Assembly (NCBI GenBank): GCA_964469755.1
Contig: CAYXYX010000001.1
Location: forward strand, 1-40,727
Length of the DNA: 40,727 nt
Direction: 5' to 3'
Source: an uncultured Candidatus Saccharibacteria bacterium
GTDB taxonomy: Bacteria; Patescibacteriota; Saccharimonadia; Saccharimonadales; UBA4665
Of this stretch, positions 1 through 10,040 are shown piece by piece; the first letter of the stretch is position 1; every line of letters begins with the position of its first letter. The notes under the pieces were generated by a model. It was not told the DNA's origin, ran no database searches, and saw only the letters and a program-made list of their open reading frames with translations. A program made the translations under genes and the position numbers.

Positions 1-522
1 TTACTCGGTATTTCGCTTTTGAACGAACCGGCATCACAGATACCAGCGAGCATTTTAGGGCGATTCTATGTTGACGCATATCACATTGTGCTAAAGCACT
101 GCCGAACCGGTGTTTGGGTAGTTTTTAGTGATGCTTTTCGTCACCGCGCATGGCGCCGACGTATGCCCAAAAAAGACTTTCCAGACCTGTATATTGACCA
201 CCACCACTACCAACTATTCAGTATTCTAGACAAGCTATTGCCTGTTCGGGCCCAATTGTGGCGATCAAAGTACCTTCTGCCTGGGAAATTGCGGCGCATT
301 GCCGCCGACCACCCCTTAATAATTGGTGAATGGAGCCTTGCGTTACGAGCTGAAAAACTCCAAGGCCATGATCAATCTGCCATTGCTAAAGACTATGCGC
401 AGACACAGCTCAAAGCGCTGAATTGTAGCTCAGCATGGTTCTATTGGACCTATAAAACGGAAACTGGCGGACCGTGGAGTTTTAGGGACTGTATCGACTC
501 CGGTTTTCTGGAGCTTACATAG
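1..522 (+). CDS. Glycoside hydrolase family 5 (exo-beta-1,3-glucanase-like), C-terminal part; the 5' end is cut by the window edge
   Basis: Frame 1 is open from base 1 ([10 protein letters not shown]...). It has the GH5 acid/base motif 'LLNEP' at nt 16-30, the nucleophile motif 'IIGEWSLA', and 'WFYWTYK', as in fungal and bacterial GH5 exoglucanases. Confidence 0.6.
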   Translation, partial: LLGISLLNEPASQIPASILGRFYVDAYHIVLKHCRTGVWVVFSDAFRHRAWRRRMPKKDFPDLYIDHHHYQLFSILDKLLPVRAQLWRSKYLLPGKLRRIAADHPLIIGEWSLALRAEKLQGHDQSAIAKDYAQTQLKALNCSSAWFYWTYKTETGGPWSFRDCIDSGFLELT

Positions 523-551
523 TTGCCTAACAGAGAGGGTTATGCTATAAT
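523..551 (+). promoter_or_regulatory. Sigma70-like promoter TTGCCT-N17-(TGc)TATAAT upstream of typA
   Basis: TTGCCT at 523-528, a 17-nt spacer, TG at 543-544 and TATAAT at 546-551. It sits in the gap between the GH5 stop (522) and the typA ATG (599). Confidence 0.5.
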
Positions 552-598
552 TTACCCTAAGAAAGCTAGCGCTGCTGACCGAGCGCTTTTTTATTGTC

Positions 599-2425
<1,827 letters not shown>

Positions 2426-2440
2426 GCGTGCGAGCATACT

Positions 2441-2467
2441 AAAAAGCGGCCATTATGGCCGCTTTTT
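2441..2467. terminator. Bidirectional rho-independent terminator between convergent genes
   Basis: AAAAA-GCGGCCA-TTA-TGGCCGC-TTTTT. This is a perfect 7-bp GC-rich stem with a 3-nt loop, flanked by an A-tract and a T-tract. Confidence 0.8.
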
Positions 2468-2486
2468 AAATTAGAAAACGGTGTGG

Positions 2487-3254
2487 CTAAAGTTGACCAA
2501 GTGCCTTGGCAACCGCCATACCTTCTTGGTAAGCGGCAACGTTTGTTGTTTGGGCGGTCTTTAAGTCCTTAAGGTATTGTACGAGCAGCGCATGATTGGA
2601 ATTGTAATCGCTTGGCTTTAGAGGCAATACTTTGTCTTCGACATTCTGGGTCAGCTTGGTAGCAGCGGCAATCTTAGCGATCATGTCATCGACTTGAGGC
2701 ACGAGTGTTGATGCTTGCGACGATGTAGCTGCCTTCGTCTTCAGCAGGTTTGCGAATACTGTTAGCGAAGCTTCCTTAGTGAGCTGATTGTCGGCAACTT
2801 TCAATATGTGCACCTTGGGCGCTACCAGCATGTAGACGCGGTAGTCGGTGAGGATTAGTCGCTCATCGGCCTTAGCTGTTGCCAGGGTTGTGTCGGCATC
2901 AAGCTTGGTCTTAAGTGCTGTTAAACCAGCTTTGGCGCTAGCAACTTCCGCAGTTAGGGCAGCTTTGTTAGCAGCGCTTAGCTTTGTAGTTGCCGCGATT
3001 TTAGCCGTGAGTGCATCCAGTGTTTTAAAACGAGCTGCAATTTTGGCATCGCCAGCCTTAATTATGGCCTGAACATTAGCCGACACTGAGGTGCTTGCTT
3101 CTGAGGTCGTTGCTGTCGCCTCGGATGTAGTGGCTCTTCCTGTCGCTGCGGGCGCAGCGTCTGTGGCGCCAGCAACGGCCGTAAATCCAAAACAGGTTAC
3201 AAATGACAGAGCAAGCGTTAGGCTGGCGAGTTTAGTGTTGAGATTTGTCTTCAT
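2487..3254 (-). CDS. Secreted Ala/Thr-rich alpha-helical protein of unknown function
   Basis: Signal peptide (KLASLTLALSFVTCFGFTAVAGA), then a low-complexity T/S/A segment and long heptad-like Ala/Lys/Thr helices. I prefer the ATG at 3254 over 3260 because AAGGA lies about 8 nt upstream. The gene starts 6-12 nt (ATG 3260 or 3254) downstream of the pilin-like gene's stop (3266). Confidence 0.6.
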   Translation of the reverse strand: MKTNLNTKLASLTLALSFVTCFGFTAVAGATDAAPAATGRATTSEATATTSEASTSVSANVQAIIKAGDAKIAARFKTLDALTAKIAATTKLSAANKAALTAEVASAKAGLTALKTKLDADTTLATAKADERLILTDYRVYMLVAPKVHILKVADNQLTKEASLTVFANLLKTKAATSSQASTLVPQVDDMIAKIAAATKLTQNVEDKVLPLKPSDYNSNHALLVQYLKDLKTAQTTNVAAYQEGMAVAKALGQL

Positions 3255-3265
3255 AGTCATATTCC

Positions 3266-3598
3266 TTAGTTGCTGGTTACTGCACTATCGGCGGCTTTAA
3301 GATCGGCAGCAGATTGGCTGGTTGATGGGTTGGCACTATCGGCAGCAGCCTTAACGGTAGTGTCGCTCGTTTTAGTGGTTGTAGTCGTAGTCCCGGATGT
3401 TTGGGTTGTAGTCGTAGTTTTTTTAGCGCCCGTTATTACAGGGGTGCTACTGCTTTCGCTGGCAGCATTGTAGGTGTCGGTCGTCTTGTTGTTGGCAGTG
3501 TAGACGTAGTAACCGGCAAAGCCGACAATTCCGACAATGACAACTAATAAAATAACTTCGATTGCACCGAAGCCTGATTGATCACGTAATTTTTGCAT
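3266..3598 (-). CDS. Type IV pilin-like protein (class III signal peptide) with a Thr/Ser-rich tail and no globular domain
   Basis: MQKLRDQSG|FGAIEVILLVVIVGIVGFAGYYVY has the prepilin G|FxxxE motif followed by a hydrophobic helix. AGGA lies 7 nt upstream of the ATG at 3598. I rejected the ORF-track extension to 3670. Confidence 0.65.
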   Translation of the reverse strand: MQKLRDQSGFGAIEVILLVVIVGIVGFAGYYVYTANNKTTDTYNAASESSSTPVITGAKKTTTTTQTSGTTTTTTKTSDTTVKAAADSANPSTSQSAADLKAADSAVTSN

Positions 3599-3635
3599 AT
3601 ATATTCCTGTTTTTACTTTTAGTAAGTATGGCGAA

Positions 3636-3664
3636 ATCATAGCGCAAAAATGGCCAAAACACAA
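3636..3664 (-). promoter_or_regulatory. Promoter TTGTGT-N17-TATGAT for the pilin-like operon
   Basis: Read on the minus strand: TTGTGT (3664-3659), a 17-nt spacer, TATGAT (3641-3636). Confidence 0.4.
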
Positions 3665-3705
3665 TAGCACTTATGCTTGTTGGCTGTGAGTTTGACAGAC
3701 TGGGC

Positions 3706-3734
3706 TTGACCACGACAGTGCTAAAACGTAGGCT
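3706..3734 (+). promoter_or_regulatory. Promoter TTGACC-N17-TAGGCT; the -10 element ends 6 nt before the trehalase ATG (leaderless-type)
   Basis: TTGACC at 3706-3711, TAGGCT at 3729-3734, ATG at 3741. Confidence 0.35.
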
Positions 3735-3740
3735 CAGTAT

Positions 3741-5021
3741 ATGGCTAGTTTCGAAAAAGCAAAAAAGATTGTCGCAAAGGCCTTACCGCTGCGAGGTTCT
3801 GTCGATCTGACGGCTGCCGATGTCCAGTCGTCACGCGACTACATACGTAATTTTTGGCAGAAGCTTGAACGCGTGCATCCCGAGGACGACGAGAGTCTTA
3901 TTGGCCTACCCAAGCCTTATTTAGTGCCCGCTTTCGAAGAAAATCACGCTTTTGATTTTAACGAGCTCTATTATTGGGATAGCTTTTTTATGGTGGAGGG
4001 CATGCTTGATGCTGAACTCGTAGCCTTGGTGAGTGGTATTTTAGAATATCTGTTAGCGCTATTTAGTCGTTTTAAAGTAATTCCTAATGCATCGCGGACC
4101 TATTTGATGGGCCGCTCTCAGCCACCATTCCTGACCACATTTATTCTTGATGTTAATCAGGCTTATCAGCCGGGTGATGTCTGGCTTAAAGAAGCCATAG
4201 CCATCGCCAAGGAAGAGTACGCAACCGTCTGGCTGGGCACCAAAAAGCCCAACGAGCGCCTCGTTCATCAGGGTTTGAGCCGCTACTACGACACGAATTA
4301 TTTGCATGACCTTGCCGAAGCCGAAAGTGGCTGGGATATGACACCGCGCTTTGGCCGTAAAGCGCTCAACTTTTTACCCGTGGATCTTAACGCCTTACTT
4401 TATAAATACGAAACTGATTTTGCGGCTGTGGCCCGTATGTTTAATGACGAAGAGGATGCTCGTCGCTGGGATACCGCTGCCGAATCACGTAAACAGGCTA
4501 TGAACGGCCTTATGTGGGACCGCATGCGTGGCCTGTACTATGACTACAACTTTGTTCGCGGTAAGCGGGGCAGCGTGAGTAGCTTAGCGGCCTATTTCCC
4601 AATGTGGGCCGGCATGGTGACACAGGACCAAGCGGCCGCATTAGTAAAGGCCTTACGACGATTCGAAAACAAGGGAGGCCTTGCTACCACTGACGTGCTG
4701 CCAGTTGGTCAATTTGTGATTGGCAGTATGCCAACTCAATGGGCGTATCCAAATGGCTGGGCACCATTGCAATACATTGTCATAAAAGGTCTTGAGCGGT
4801 ATGGCTACCATAAGGACGCGCGTCGGATTGCCATGAAGTGGCTTCGCTCTAATACGACCTGGTTTACCGAGAATGGTGTGTTCCTAGAAAAGTATAATGT
4901 TGTTGCGCCTGACAAACCCCCGGTTAAGGGTGTCTACCCTAGTCAAACTGGCTTCGGCTGGACTAACGCCGTGTACGAACGGTTGTGCCAAGATTACATT
5001 GATACGCCTGTAGCCGAATAG
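3741..5021 (+). CDS. Alpha,alpha-trehalase (GH37), apparently cytoplasmic
   Basis: 426 aa. GH37 signatures are present: 'FNELYYWDSFF' (signature 1-like), 'SQPPF', 'GWDMTPRF', 'QWAYPNGWAPLQ' (signature 2) and 'GFGWTNAV'. There is no signal peptide. Confidence 0.9.
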   Translation: MASFEKAKKIVAKALPLRGSVDLTAADVQSSRDYIRNFWQKLERVHPEDDESLIGLPKPYLVPAFEENHAFDFNELYYWDSFFMVEGMLDAELVALVSGILEYLLALFSRFKVIPNASRTYLMGRSQPPFLTTFILDVNQAYQPGDVWLKEAIAIAKEEYATVWLGTKKPNERLVHQGLSRYYDTNYLHDLAEAESGWDMTPRFGRKALNFLPVDLNALLYKYETDFAAVARMFNDEEDARRWDTAAESRKQAMNGLMWDRMRGLYYDYNFVRGKRGSVSSLAAYFPMWAGMVTQDQAAALVKALRRFENKGGLATTDVLPVGQFVIGSMPTQWAYPNGWAPLQYIVIKGLERYGYHKDARRIAMKWLRSNTTWFTENGVFLEKYNVVAPDKPPVKGVYPSQTGFGWTNAVYERLCQDYIDTPVAE

Positions 5022-5055
5022 TTATTAACTAAACGTTAACTAATGGGATTGGCAA

Positions 5056-5085
5056 CTTGCAGTCCGAATTTTGCCAGCCTATAAT
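5056..5085 (+). promoter_or_regulatory. Promoter TTGCAG-N18-TATAAT, 9 nt upstream of the ATG at 5095
   Basis: TTGCAG at 5056-5061 and TATAAT at 5080-5085. Confidence 0.4.
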
Positions 5086-5094
5086 GCAAGATCT

Positions 5095-5379
5095 ATGGCG
5101 GGCATACTTATCGACGATATTAGCAAAGACCTAGAAGCTAAGCTGATTACTTTAATTCGTCGTGTCGTACGCGAAGAAACAAAAGATTTGCGAGTCGACG
5201 TTGGAGCCATAAAAGGCATGCTCGGCAATCAGGGAATGCGCCTTCAATTAATAGAGTCAGAGCTCCGCTCAACCAAGCAGGTCTTACGAACCAATGGTCG
5301 TGAAATGAGCCGACTCGGACAGTTGCTCGAAGATCTCGAGGATCGCTTTTCGGGCACGGGCGAATTCCATAGTGCTTGA
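5095..5379 (+). CDS. Hypothetical small coiled-coil protein
   Basis: 94-aa ORF from the ATG at 5095. The promoter position argues against the TTG at 5071. It is charged and helical, with no recognisable family. Confidence 0.45.
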   Translation: MAGILIDDISKDLEAKLITLIRRVVREETKDLRVDVGAIKGMLGNQGMRLQLIESELRSTKQVLRTNGREMSRLGQLLEDLEDRFSGTGEFHSA

Positions 5380-5416
5380 ATTTGTGGCTCGGCACGCAAA
5401 ACAGTACAATACAGCT

Positions 5417-5836
5417 ATGAAAGAATTCGGCAACTGTCCCTTTTGTACCCCAACTGAGCATGTACTCAAAGAAAACAATTATGCCCAGCTAATTCTGAGT
5501 AACCCTCGTAAAGTCCCGGGTCATTTTTTAGTGATCCCAAAGCGACACGTCGAAAAGCCCTGGGAGCTTCAGCCCGAAGAACTTAAGGCAATTTTTGAGT
5601 TGATCTACTTTGTGGAGCAAAAGATTATTGGCAAATTGGGTGATGGTTGCGATATCCGCCAAAATTATCGCCCTTTTATGAAGCAGAGCCAGTTAAAAGT
5701 CGATCATTTGCATTTTCACGTTATTCCGCGAACGCTTAATGACTACATTTACACTGTCTCCGAAAAGTACGACGAAGAGCTTTTTGCCGAACTAGACGAC
5801 GCTGAGCGTGACGCCGTCGCAAAAGTACTCAAATAA
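5417..5836 (+). CDS. HIT (histidine triad) family nucleotide hydrolase/transferase
   Basis: Histidine triad 'HLHFHVIP' and an N-terminal CPFC zinc-binding-like motif. I prefer the ATG at 5417 over the upstream extension, which overlaps the preceding ORF. Confidence 0.8.
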   Translation: MKEFGNCPFCTPTEHVLKENNYAQLILSNPRKVPGHFLVIPKRHVEKPWELQPEELKAIFELIYFVEQKIIGKLGDGCDIRQNYRPFMKQSQLKVDHLHFHVIPRTLNDYIYTVSEKYDEELFAELDDAERDAVAKVLK

Positions 5837-5859
5837 AAGCCCCGCACAGCGGTTCGTAT

Positions 5860-5868
5860 CTGTTATAC
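5860..5868 (+). promoter_or_regulatory. Extended -10 promoter TGtTATACT, 9 nt upstream of the metG ATG (leaderless-type)
   Basis: TG at 5860-5861, TATACT at 5863-5868, ATG at 5878, and no Shine-Dalgarno sequence between. Confidence 0.45.
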
Positions 5869-5877
5869 TAGTTAGTA

Positions 5878-7314
5878 ATGAGCAATAAATACATTACTGC
5901 GTCGATCCCCTACGTTAATGGTGAACCACACTTAGGTCACGCCATGGAATTTGTAATGGCCGATGTGGTTGCGCGTCGTGCGCGGCAAAAGGGTGATGAG
6001 GTCATGTTTAGTATTGGTACCGATGAACATGGTAGTAAAATTGCCGAAAAGGCCACCGAAAAAGGCCAAACCCCCAAGGAGTTAGCCGACGAAATGAGCG
6101 CCCACTTTAGCACGCTGGCTAAAACGCTCAATGTAAGCAATACTCGGTTTATTCGTACTACCGACGAAGGCCATGAGCAGCGCGCCAAGCTTATCTGGAA
6201 GGCGCTGCAGGCGCACATTTATAAGGGTAAATACACTGGCTGGTACTGTACTGGCGACGAAGCCTTTTTTACCGAAACTGAAGTCAAAGCCAATAACGGT
6301 GTGGGTCCAAACCACAATCGACCCTTCGAAAAAATCGAAGAAGACAACTACTTCTATAAACTGAGTGCCTTCACCGATCAGATTCGCGAAGCTATCGAAA
6401 CTGGCGCATTCAGGGTGGTACCGGATAGCCGTCGTAACGAAATTCTAAACGTACTTAAGGACGGCCTAGACGATATAAGTGTCAGTCGCCCCAAAGAAAA
6501 GGTTATTTGGGGCATACATATTCCTGGCGACACAAAGCAAACTATGTACGTTTGGTTTGAAGCGCTCATGAACTACATTACGGTGTTAGGCTACCCCGAA
6601 CACCAAGATTTTGTTAATTTTTGGCCAGCCCAAACCCAGGTTATTGGCAAGGATATTCTGCGCTTCCACGCGGCTATCTGGCCTGCCATGCTTATGGCGC
6701 TGGATTTGCCGCTTCCTAAAGAACTTTATGTACATGGTTTTATTACCATTGCCGGCAAAAAAATGAGTAAGTCACTGGGCAACTACGTGTCACCTAACGA
6801 AGTTATTAAAAAGTACGGCACTGATCCGTTCCGCTATTACTTCTTACGGCACATCCCAAGTTACGAAGATGGCGACTTTAGCTGGCCGGCCTTTGAAGCC
6901 GCTTATAACAATGAACTTGCTAATGAGCTTGGCAATGCCGTGCAGCGCACCGCTGCCATGATTGCAAAGTACCAGAAGGGTGTTATTGGCATTATTCCAC
7001 CAGCCGAACATGACATTGCTGCCTACGAAACGGCACTCGACAATTATCGTTTTGACCGCGCCTTAGACGAAATCTGGGAACAGGTACGAGGTATCAATCA
7101 ATACATCGACGAAACCAAGCCTTGGGTGATTGCCAAGACCGGCGACGACGAACATTTGCGCGAAGTGTTGGCCTACCAATGTGGTGCTTTGATCGAAATC
7201 GCCGATATGCTCGAACCCTTCATGCCCGATTCAGCCACAAAAATTCGTAATGTTTTCATTGAGGGTGTAGTGCGACCTATCGAAGGCACGCTTTTCCCTA
7301 AACAAGAGGCTTAG
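5878..7314 (+). CDS. metG: Methionyl-tRNA synthetase, minimal form
   Basis: 478 aa. It has the class I motifs 'PHLGHAME' (HIGH) and 'KMSKS', but no Zn-knuckle insertion and no C-terminal tRNA-binding appendix. Confidence 0.95.
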   Translation: MSNKYITASIPYVNGEPHLGHAMEFVMADVVARRARQKGDEVMFSIGTDEHGSKIAEKATEKGQTPKELADEMSAHFSTLAKTLNVSNTRFIRTTDEGHEQRAKLIWKALQAHIYKGKYTGWYCTGDEAFFTETEVKANNGVGPNHNRPFEKIEEDNYFYKLSAFTDQIREAIETGAFRVVPDSRRNEILNVLKDGLDDISVSRPKEKVIWGIHIPGDTKQTMYVWFEALMNYITVLGYPEHQDFVNFWPAQTQVIGKDILRFHAAIWPAMLMALDLPLPKELYVHGFITIAGKKMSKSLGNYVSPNEVIKKYGTDPFRYYFLRHIPSYEDGDFSWPAFEAAYNNELANELGNAVQRTAAMIAKYQKGVIGIIPPAEHDIAAYETALDNYRFDRALDEIWEQVRGINQYIDETKPWVIAKTGDDEHLREVLAYQCGALIEIADMLEPFMPDSATKIRNVFIEGVVRPIEGTLFPKQEA

Positions 7315-7320
7315 TAACTA

Positions 7321-8130
7321 ATGGAACTCATCGATACGCATTGTCATATTCAATCTGTCGATTCCCCTACTGGTGAGCGATCTACCCGGGAACTTTGGGC
7401 GAAAGCAAATGATTTAACGGCAGACCAGATCATTCAAAGCGCTGCTGCAAGCGACGTAACAGCTATGATTTGTGTAGGTTGTGATCTGCCAGATAGCCAA
7501 TTGGCTATTGATTTTGTCGCGGATCGTAAGCAATGCTGGGCGAGCATCGGAATTCACCCGCACGAAGCCGCTCTGGCGACCAGTGCGGTGCAAAAAACCT
7601 TTGCCAATCTGGTAACAGCGCCAAAAGTAGTGGCAATTGGCGAATGTGGGCTAGACTATTTTTATGAACATTCTCCTCGTGAAGCTCAAATTTCCGTCCT
7701 AAAGTTTCAGCTCGATCTTGCCGCACAGGCCAACCTGCCGGTAATTTTTCATGTCCGCGAGGCGTTTGACGACTTTTGGCCCATTTTTGACAGCTACAAG
7801 GGTAAAATCAGAGGTGTTTTACACAGTTTTACAGATACACAGACTAATATGGCCATGGCCGTGGAGCGCGGTCTGTATATAGGGGTGAACGGAATTGCTA
7901 CTTTTGCCAAGGACACAGGGCAACAAGCCATGTATATGGCCATACCGCAGAGCCACTTACTCCTTGAAACCGATGCGCCCTTCTTGACACCAGCACCATT
8001 TCGTGGTACAATCAACGAACCGAAACAGATTAGAACTGTTGCGGAGTTTTTGGCCAAGCATCGGAACGAAGATTTCGACCAGCTTGCGCAAATTACAACA
8101 TCAAATGCTCGAGCATTATTCGACATTTAG
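7321..8130 (+). CDS. tatD: TatD-family metal-dependent hydrolase/DNase
   Basis: 269 aa. 'IDTHCHI' lies at the N-terminus, with 'IGECGLDY', 'HVREA', 'HSF' and 'LLETDAPF' matching the TatD motif order. Confidence 0.9.
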   Translation: MELIDTHCHIQSVDSPTGERSTRELWAKANDLTADQIIQSAAASDVTAMICVGCDLPDSQLAIDFVADRKQCWASIGIHPHEAALATSAVQKTFANLVTAPKVVAIGECGLDYFYEHSPREAQISVLKFQLDLAAQANLPVIFHVREAFDDFWPIFDSYKGKIRGVLHSFTDTQTNMAMAVERGLYIGVNGIATFAKDTGQQAMYMAIPQSHLLLETDAPFLTPAPFRGTINEPKQIRTVAEFLAKHRNEDFDQLAQITTSNARALFDI

Positions 8131-8151
8131 GACTATACTTAAAGATCGCCT

Positions 8152-8526
8152 ATGACACCACTAAACAAATCCCGAAAAGAATTTGGCAATGAGCTGAACG
8201 GTGAAAACCGCCGGTTGCTCGCTGATCACATGCGTGAGGTAGCTATGTCGTTGCCATCTATTGATTATCACCTAAAACAGAGTGACGCAGAGCTGGGTAT
8301 TGCGCCGGCTCCTGCAGTTCGATCCATCTTACGGGTTGTAGAAAATGGCGAACGCGCCCCCCAGCAGCAAGCTGTCATTGATTCAAATAACTCCGGCCTG
8401 AACCAGCAAGCGATTCAGCAGGAGGTCGCAGCTGCCTATGACCAGTCGCCAAGCAATGTTACCCCAATGCAACGTATGAATAACGGACAAAATTATGAAA
8501 CTTATTCCCAAGATATCGCCGCGTAG
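8152..8526 (+). CDS. Hypothetical protein (Gln-rich)
   Basis: 124-aa ORF on the operon strand. No recognisable domain. Confidence 0.4.
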   Translation: MTPLNKSRKEFGNELNGENRRLLADHMREVAMSLPSIDYHLKQSDAELGIAPAPAVRSILRVVENGERAPQQQAVIDSNNSGLNQQAIQQEVAAAYDQSPSNVTPMQRMNNGQNYETYSQDIAA

Positions 8527-8860
8527 TAGCGAAGAGCGCCGAGCTGAGGCTTACCGCCAGCTACTGCGACGTGAAGCTAAGATGGGCGGGCAGTTATTCG
8601 GACCAGTGCCCGCTGGTCACCGCCGCGAATTCTTTTGCCTTGACCGTTACACTTGGGTCTGGCACGAAGAGTGGATCGATGCTTCCGGTTCGCAAAGAGC
8701 CGTAACGACTCGTTACGATATCCGTCCTCAGGGCATTCTCAAATCGCAGGGAACCAACTCGTATCAGCTGGTACGTGGCACTGAGCTGCGTAATTTTTAT
8801 CATGCCGCTCGACTGTACCGCGACAATCTTCACGCCCAGTATGCCGCCATGCAGGGTTAG
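8495..8860 (+). CDS. Hypothetical protein (basic N-terminus, Trp-rich core 'FFCLDRYTWVWHEEW')
   Basis: 121-aa ORF that overlaps the previous ORF by 32 nt. The start is uncertain; an alternative is the 'MGGQLF' ATG at 8582. Confidence 0.4.
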   Translation: MKLIPKISPRSSEERRAEAYRQLLRREAKMGGQLFGPVPAGHRREFFCLDRYTWVWHEEWIDASGSQRAVTTRYDIRPQGILKSQGTNSYQLVRGTELRNFYHAARLYRDNLHAQYAAMQG

Positions 8861-8866
8861 TCCGCT

Positions 8867-10006
8867 ATGAAGTCTTTATATTTTGATTATGCTGCGGCAA
8901 CACCGCTCGATGCGCGGGTGCTACTCGCCATGCAGCCTTATCTCACTTCTGCATTCTATAATCCATCCGCGCTTTATGACGCAGCTCGACAGGTGCGCAA
9001 GGACCTCGAGACGGCACGAGCTCAGGTGGCGGCAGAATTGGGTGCGCGTCCCAGCGAAATAGTTTTTACGGCCGGTGGCACTGAATCCAATAATCTCGCA
9101 ATTAGCGGTGTTATGAACCAATACCCCAAGGCCAATGTGGTTACAAGCAGTATTGAACACGAGGCCGTTCTAGCCGCAGCTCAGGTATATGATCATCGCC
9201 AGGCGCGTGTTACATCTGATGGCACGGTTGATGTTGATCATCTGTTGTCGCTCATCGACGATCAGACGGTGTTAGTCAGTGTTATGTACGCTAACAACGA
9301 GATCGGCACATTACAGCCAATAGCCAAAATTGCAAAAAAGTTGCAATTTATTAAAGACGCAAGACGCAGGGCAGGAAACACCCTACCGCTGTATTTACAT
9401 ACCGACGCTTGCCAAGCCGGTGCTTATTTAGATCTGCACGTTGCGCGGCTCGGTGTTGACCTATTAACGCTTAACGGAGGCAAAATATATGGCCCTAAAC
9501 AGAGTGGAATGCTTTATGTTCGGGGTGGAATTAAATTGGAGCCTTTAGTACGTGGTGGTGGCCAAGAACACGGCCTACGGAGCGGTACCGAGAATGTTGC
9601 AGCCTGTATTGGTTTTGCGGCAGCACTCAAACAGGCCCAAAGCATGCGCCAAGAAGAAGGCCGTCGATTACAGGTGTTACAGCAACAGTTTATCGCGGCA
9701 TTACAGCGGCAACTGCCACAGGCAACAATTCATGGATCGCGCAAGCAGCGTTTGCCAAATAACGTCCATTTGACGATCCCCGGCATTGATAATGAGCGGG
9801 TTCTGATTCAGCTTGATGAAGCCGGTATTTTGGCAGCTGCTGGATCGGCCTGTAGTGCCAGCAGTGATACGCCATCGCATGTGCTACGGGCTATTGGTTT
9901 GAGCGATGATGAAGCCCGCACGAGCCTGCGATTTACAATGGGTCGCGGGACGACAGCCTCTCAGATACAGACCGTCGTTGATACGCTGCTTCGCCTAGTT
10001 GCGTAA
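8867..10006 (+). CDS. Cysteine desulfurase (NifS/IscS-like, class V aminotransferase)
   Basis: 379 aa. It has 'TAGGTESNN', the PLP-lysine region 'LNGGKIYGPKQSG' and the active-site loop 'AAGSACSASSDTPSHVL'. Confidence 0.85.
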   Translation: MKSLYFDYAAATPLDARVLLAMQPYLTSAFYNPSALYDAARQVRKDLETARAQVAAELGARPSEIVFTAGGTESNNLAISGVMNQYPKANVVTSSIEHEAVLAAAQVYDHRQARVTSDGTVDVDHLLSLIDDQTVLVSVMYANNEIGTLQPIAKIAKKLQFIKDARRRAGNTLPLYLHTDACQAGAYLDLHVARLGVDLLTLNGGKIYGPKQSGMLYVRGGIKLEPLVRGGGQEHGLRSGTENVAACIGFAAALKQAQSMRQEEGRRLQVLQQQFIAALQRQLPQATIHGSRKQRLPNNVHLTIPGIDNERVLIQLDEAGILAAAGSACSASSDTPSHVLRAIGLSDDEARTSLRFTMGRGTTASQIQTVVDTLLRLVA

Positions 10007-10026
10007 CCTGTCAAACCGGTTATACT
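9999..10026 (+). promoter_or_regulatory. Promoter TTGCGT-N16-TATACT upstream of the ATP-synthase-linked block
   Basis: TTGCGT at 9999-10004 (overlapping the desulfurase stop), TATACT at 10021-10026, ATG at 10041. Confidence 0.4.
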
Positions 10027-10040
10027 TAACGGCATAAACC

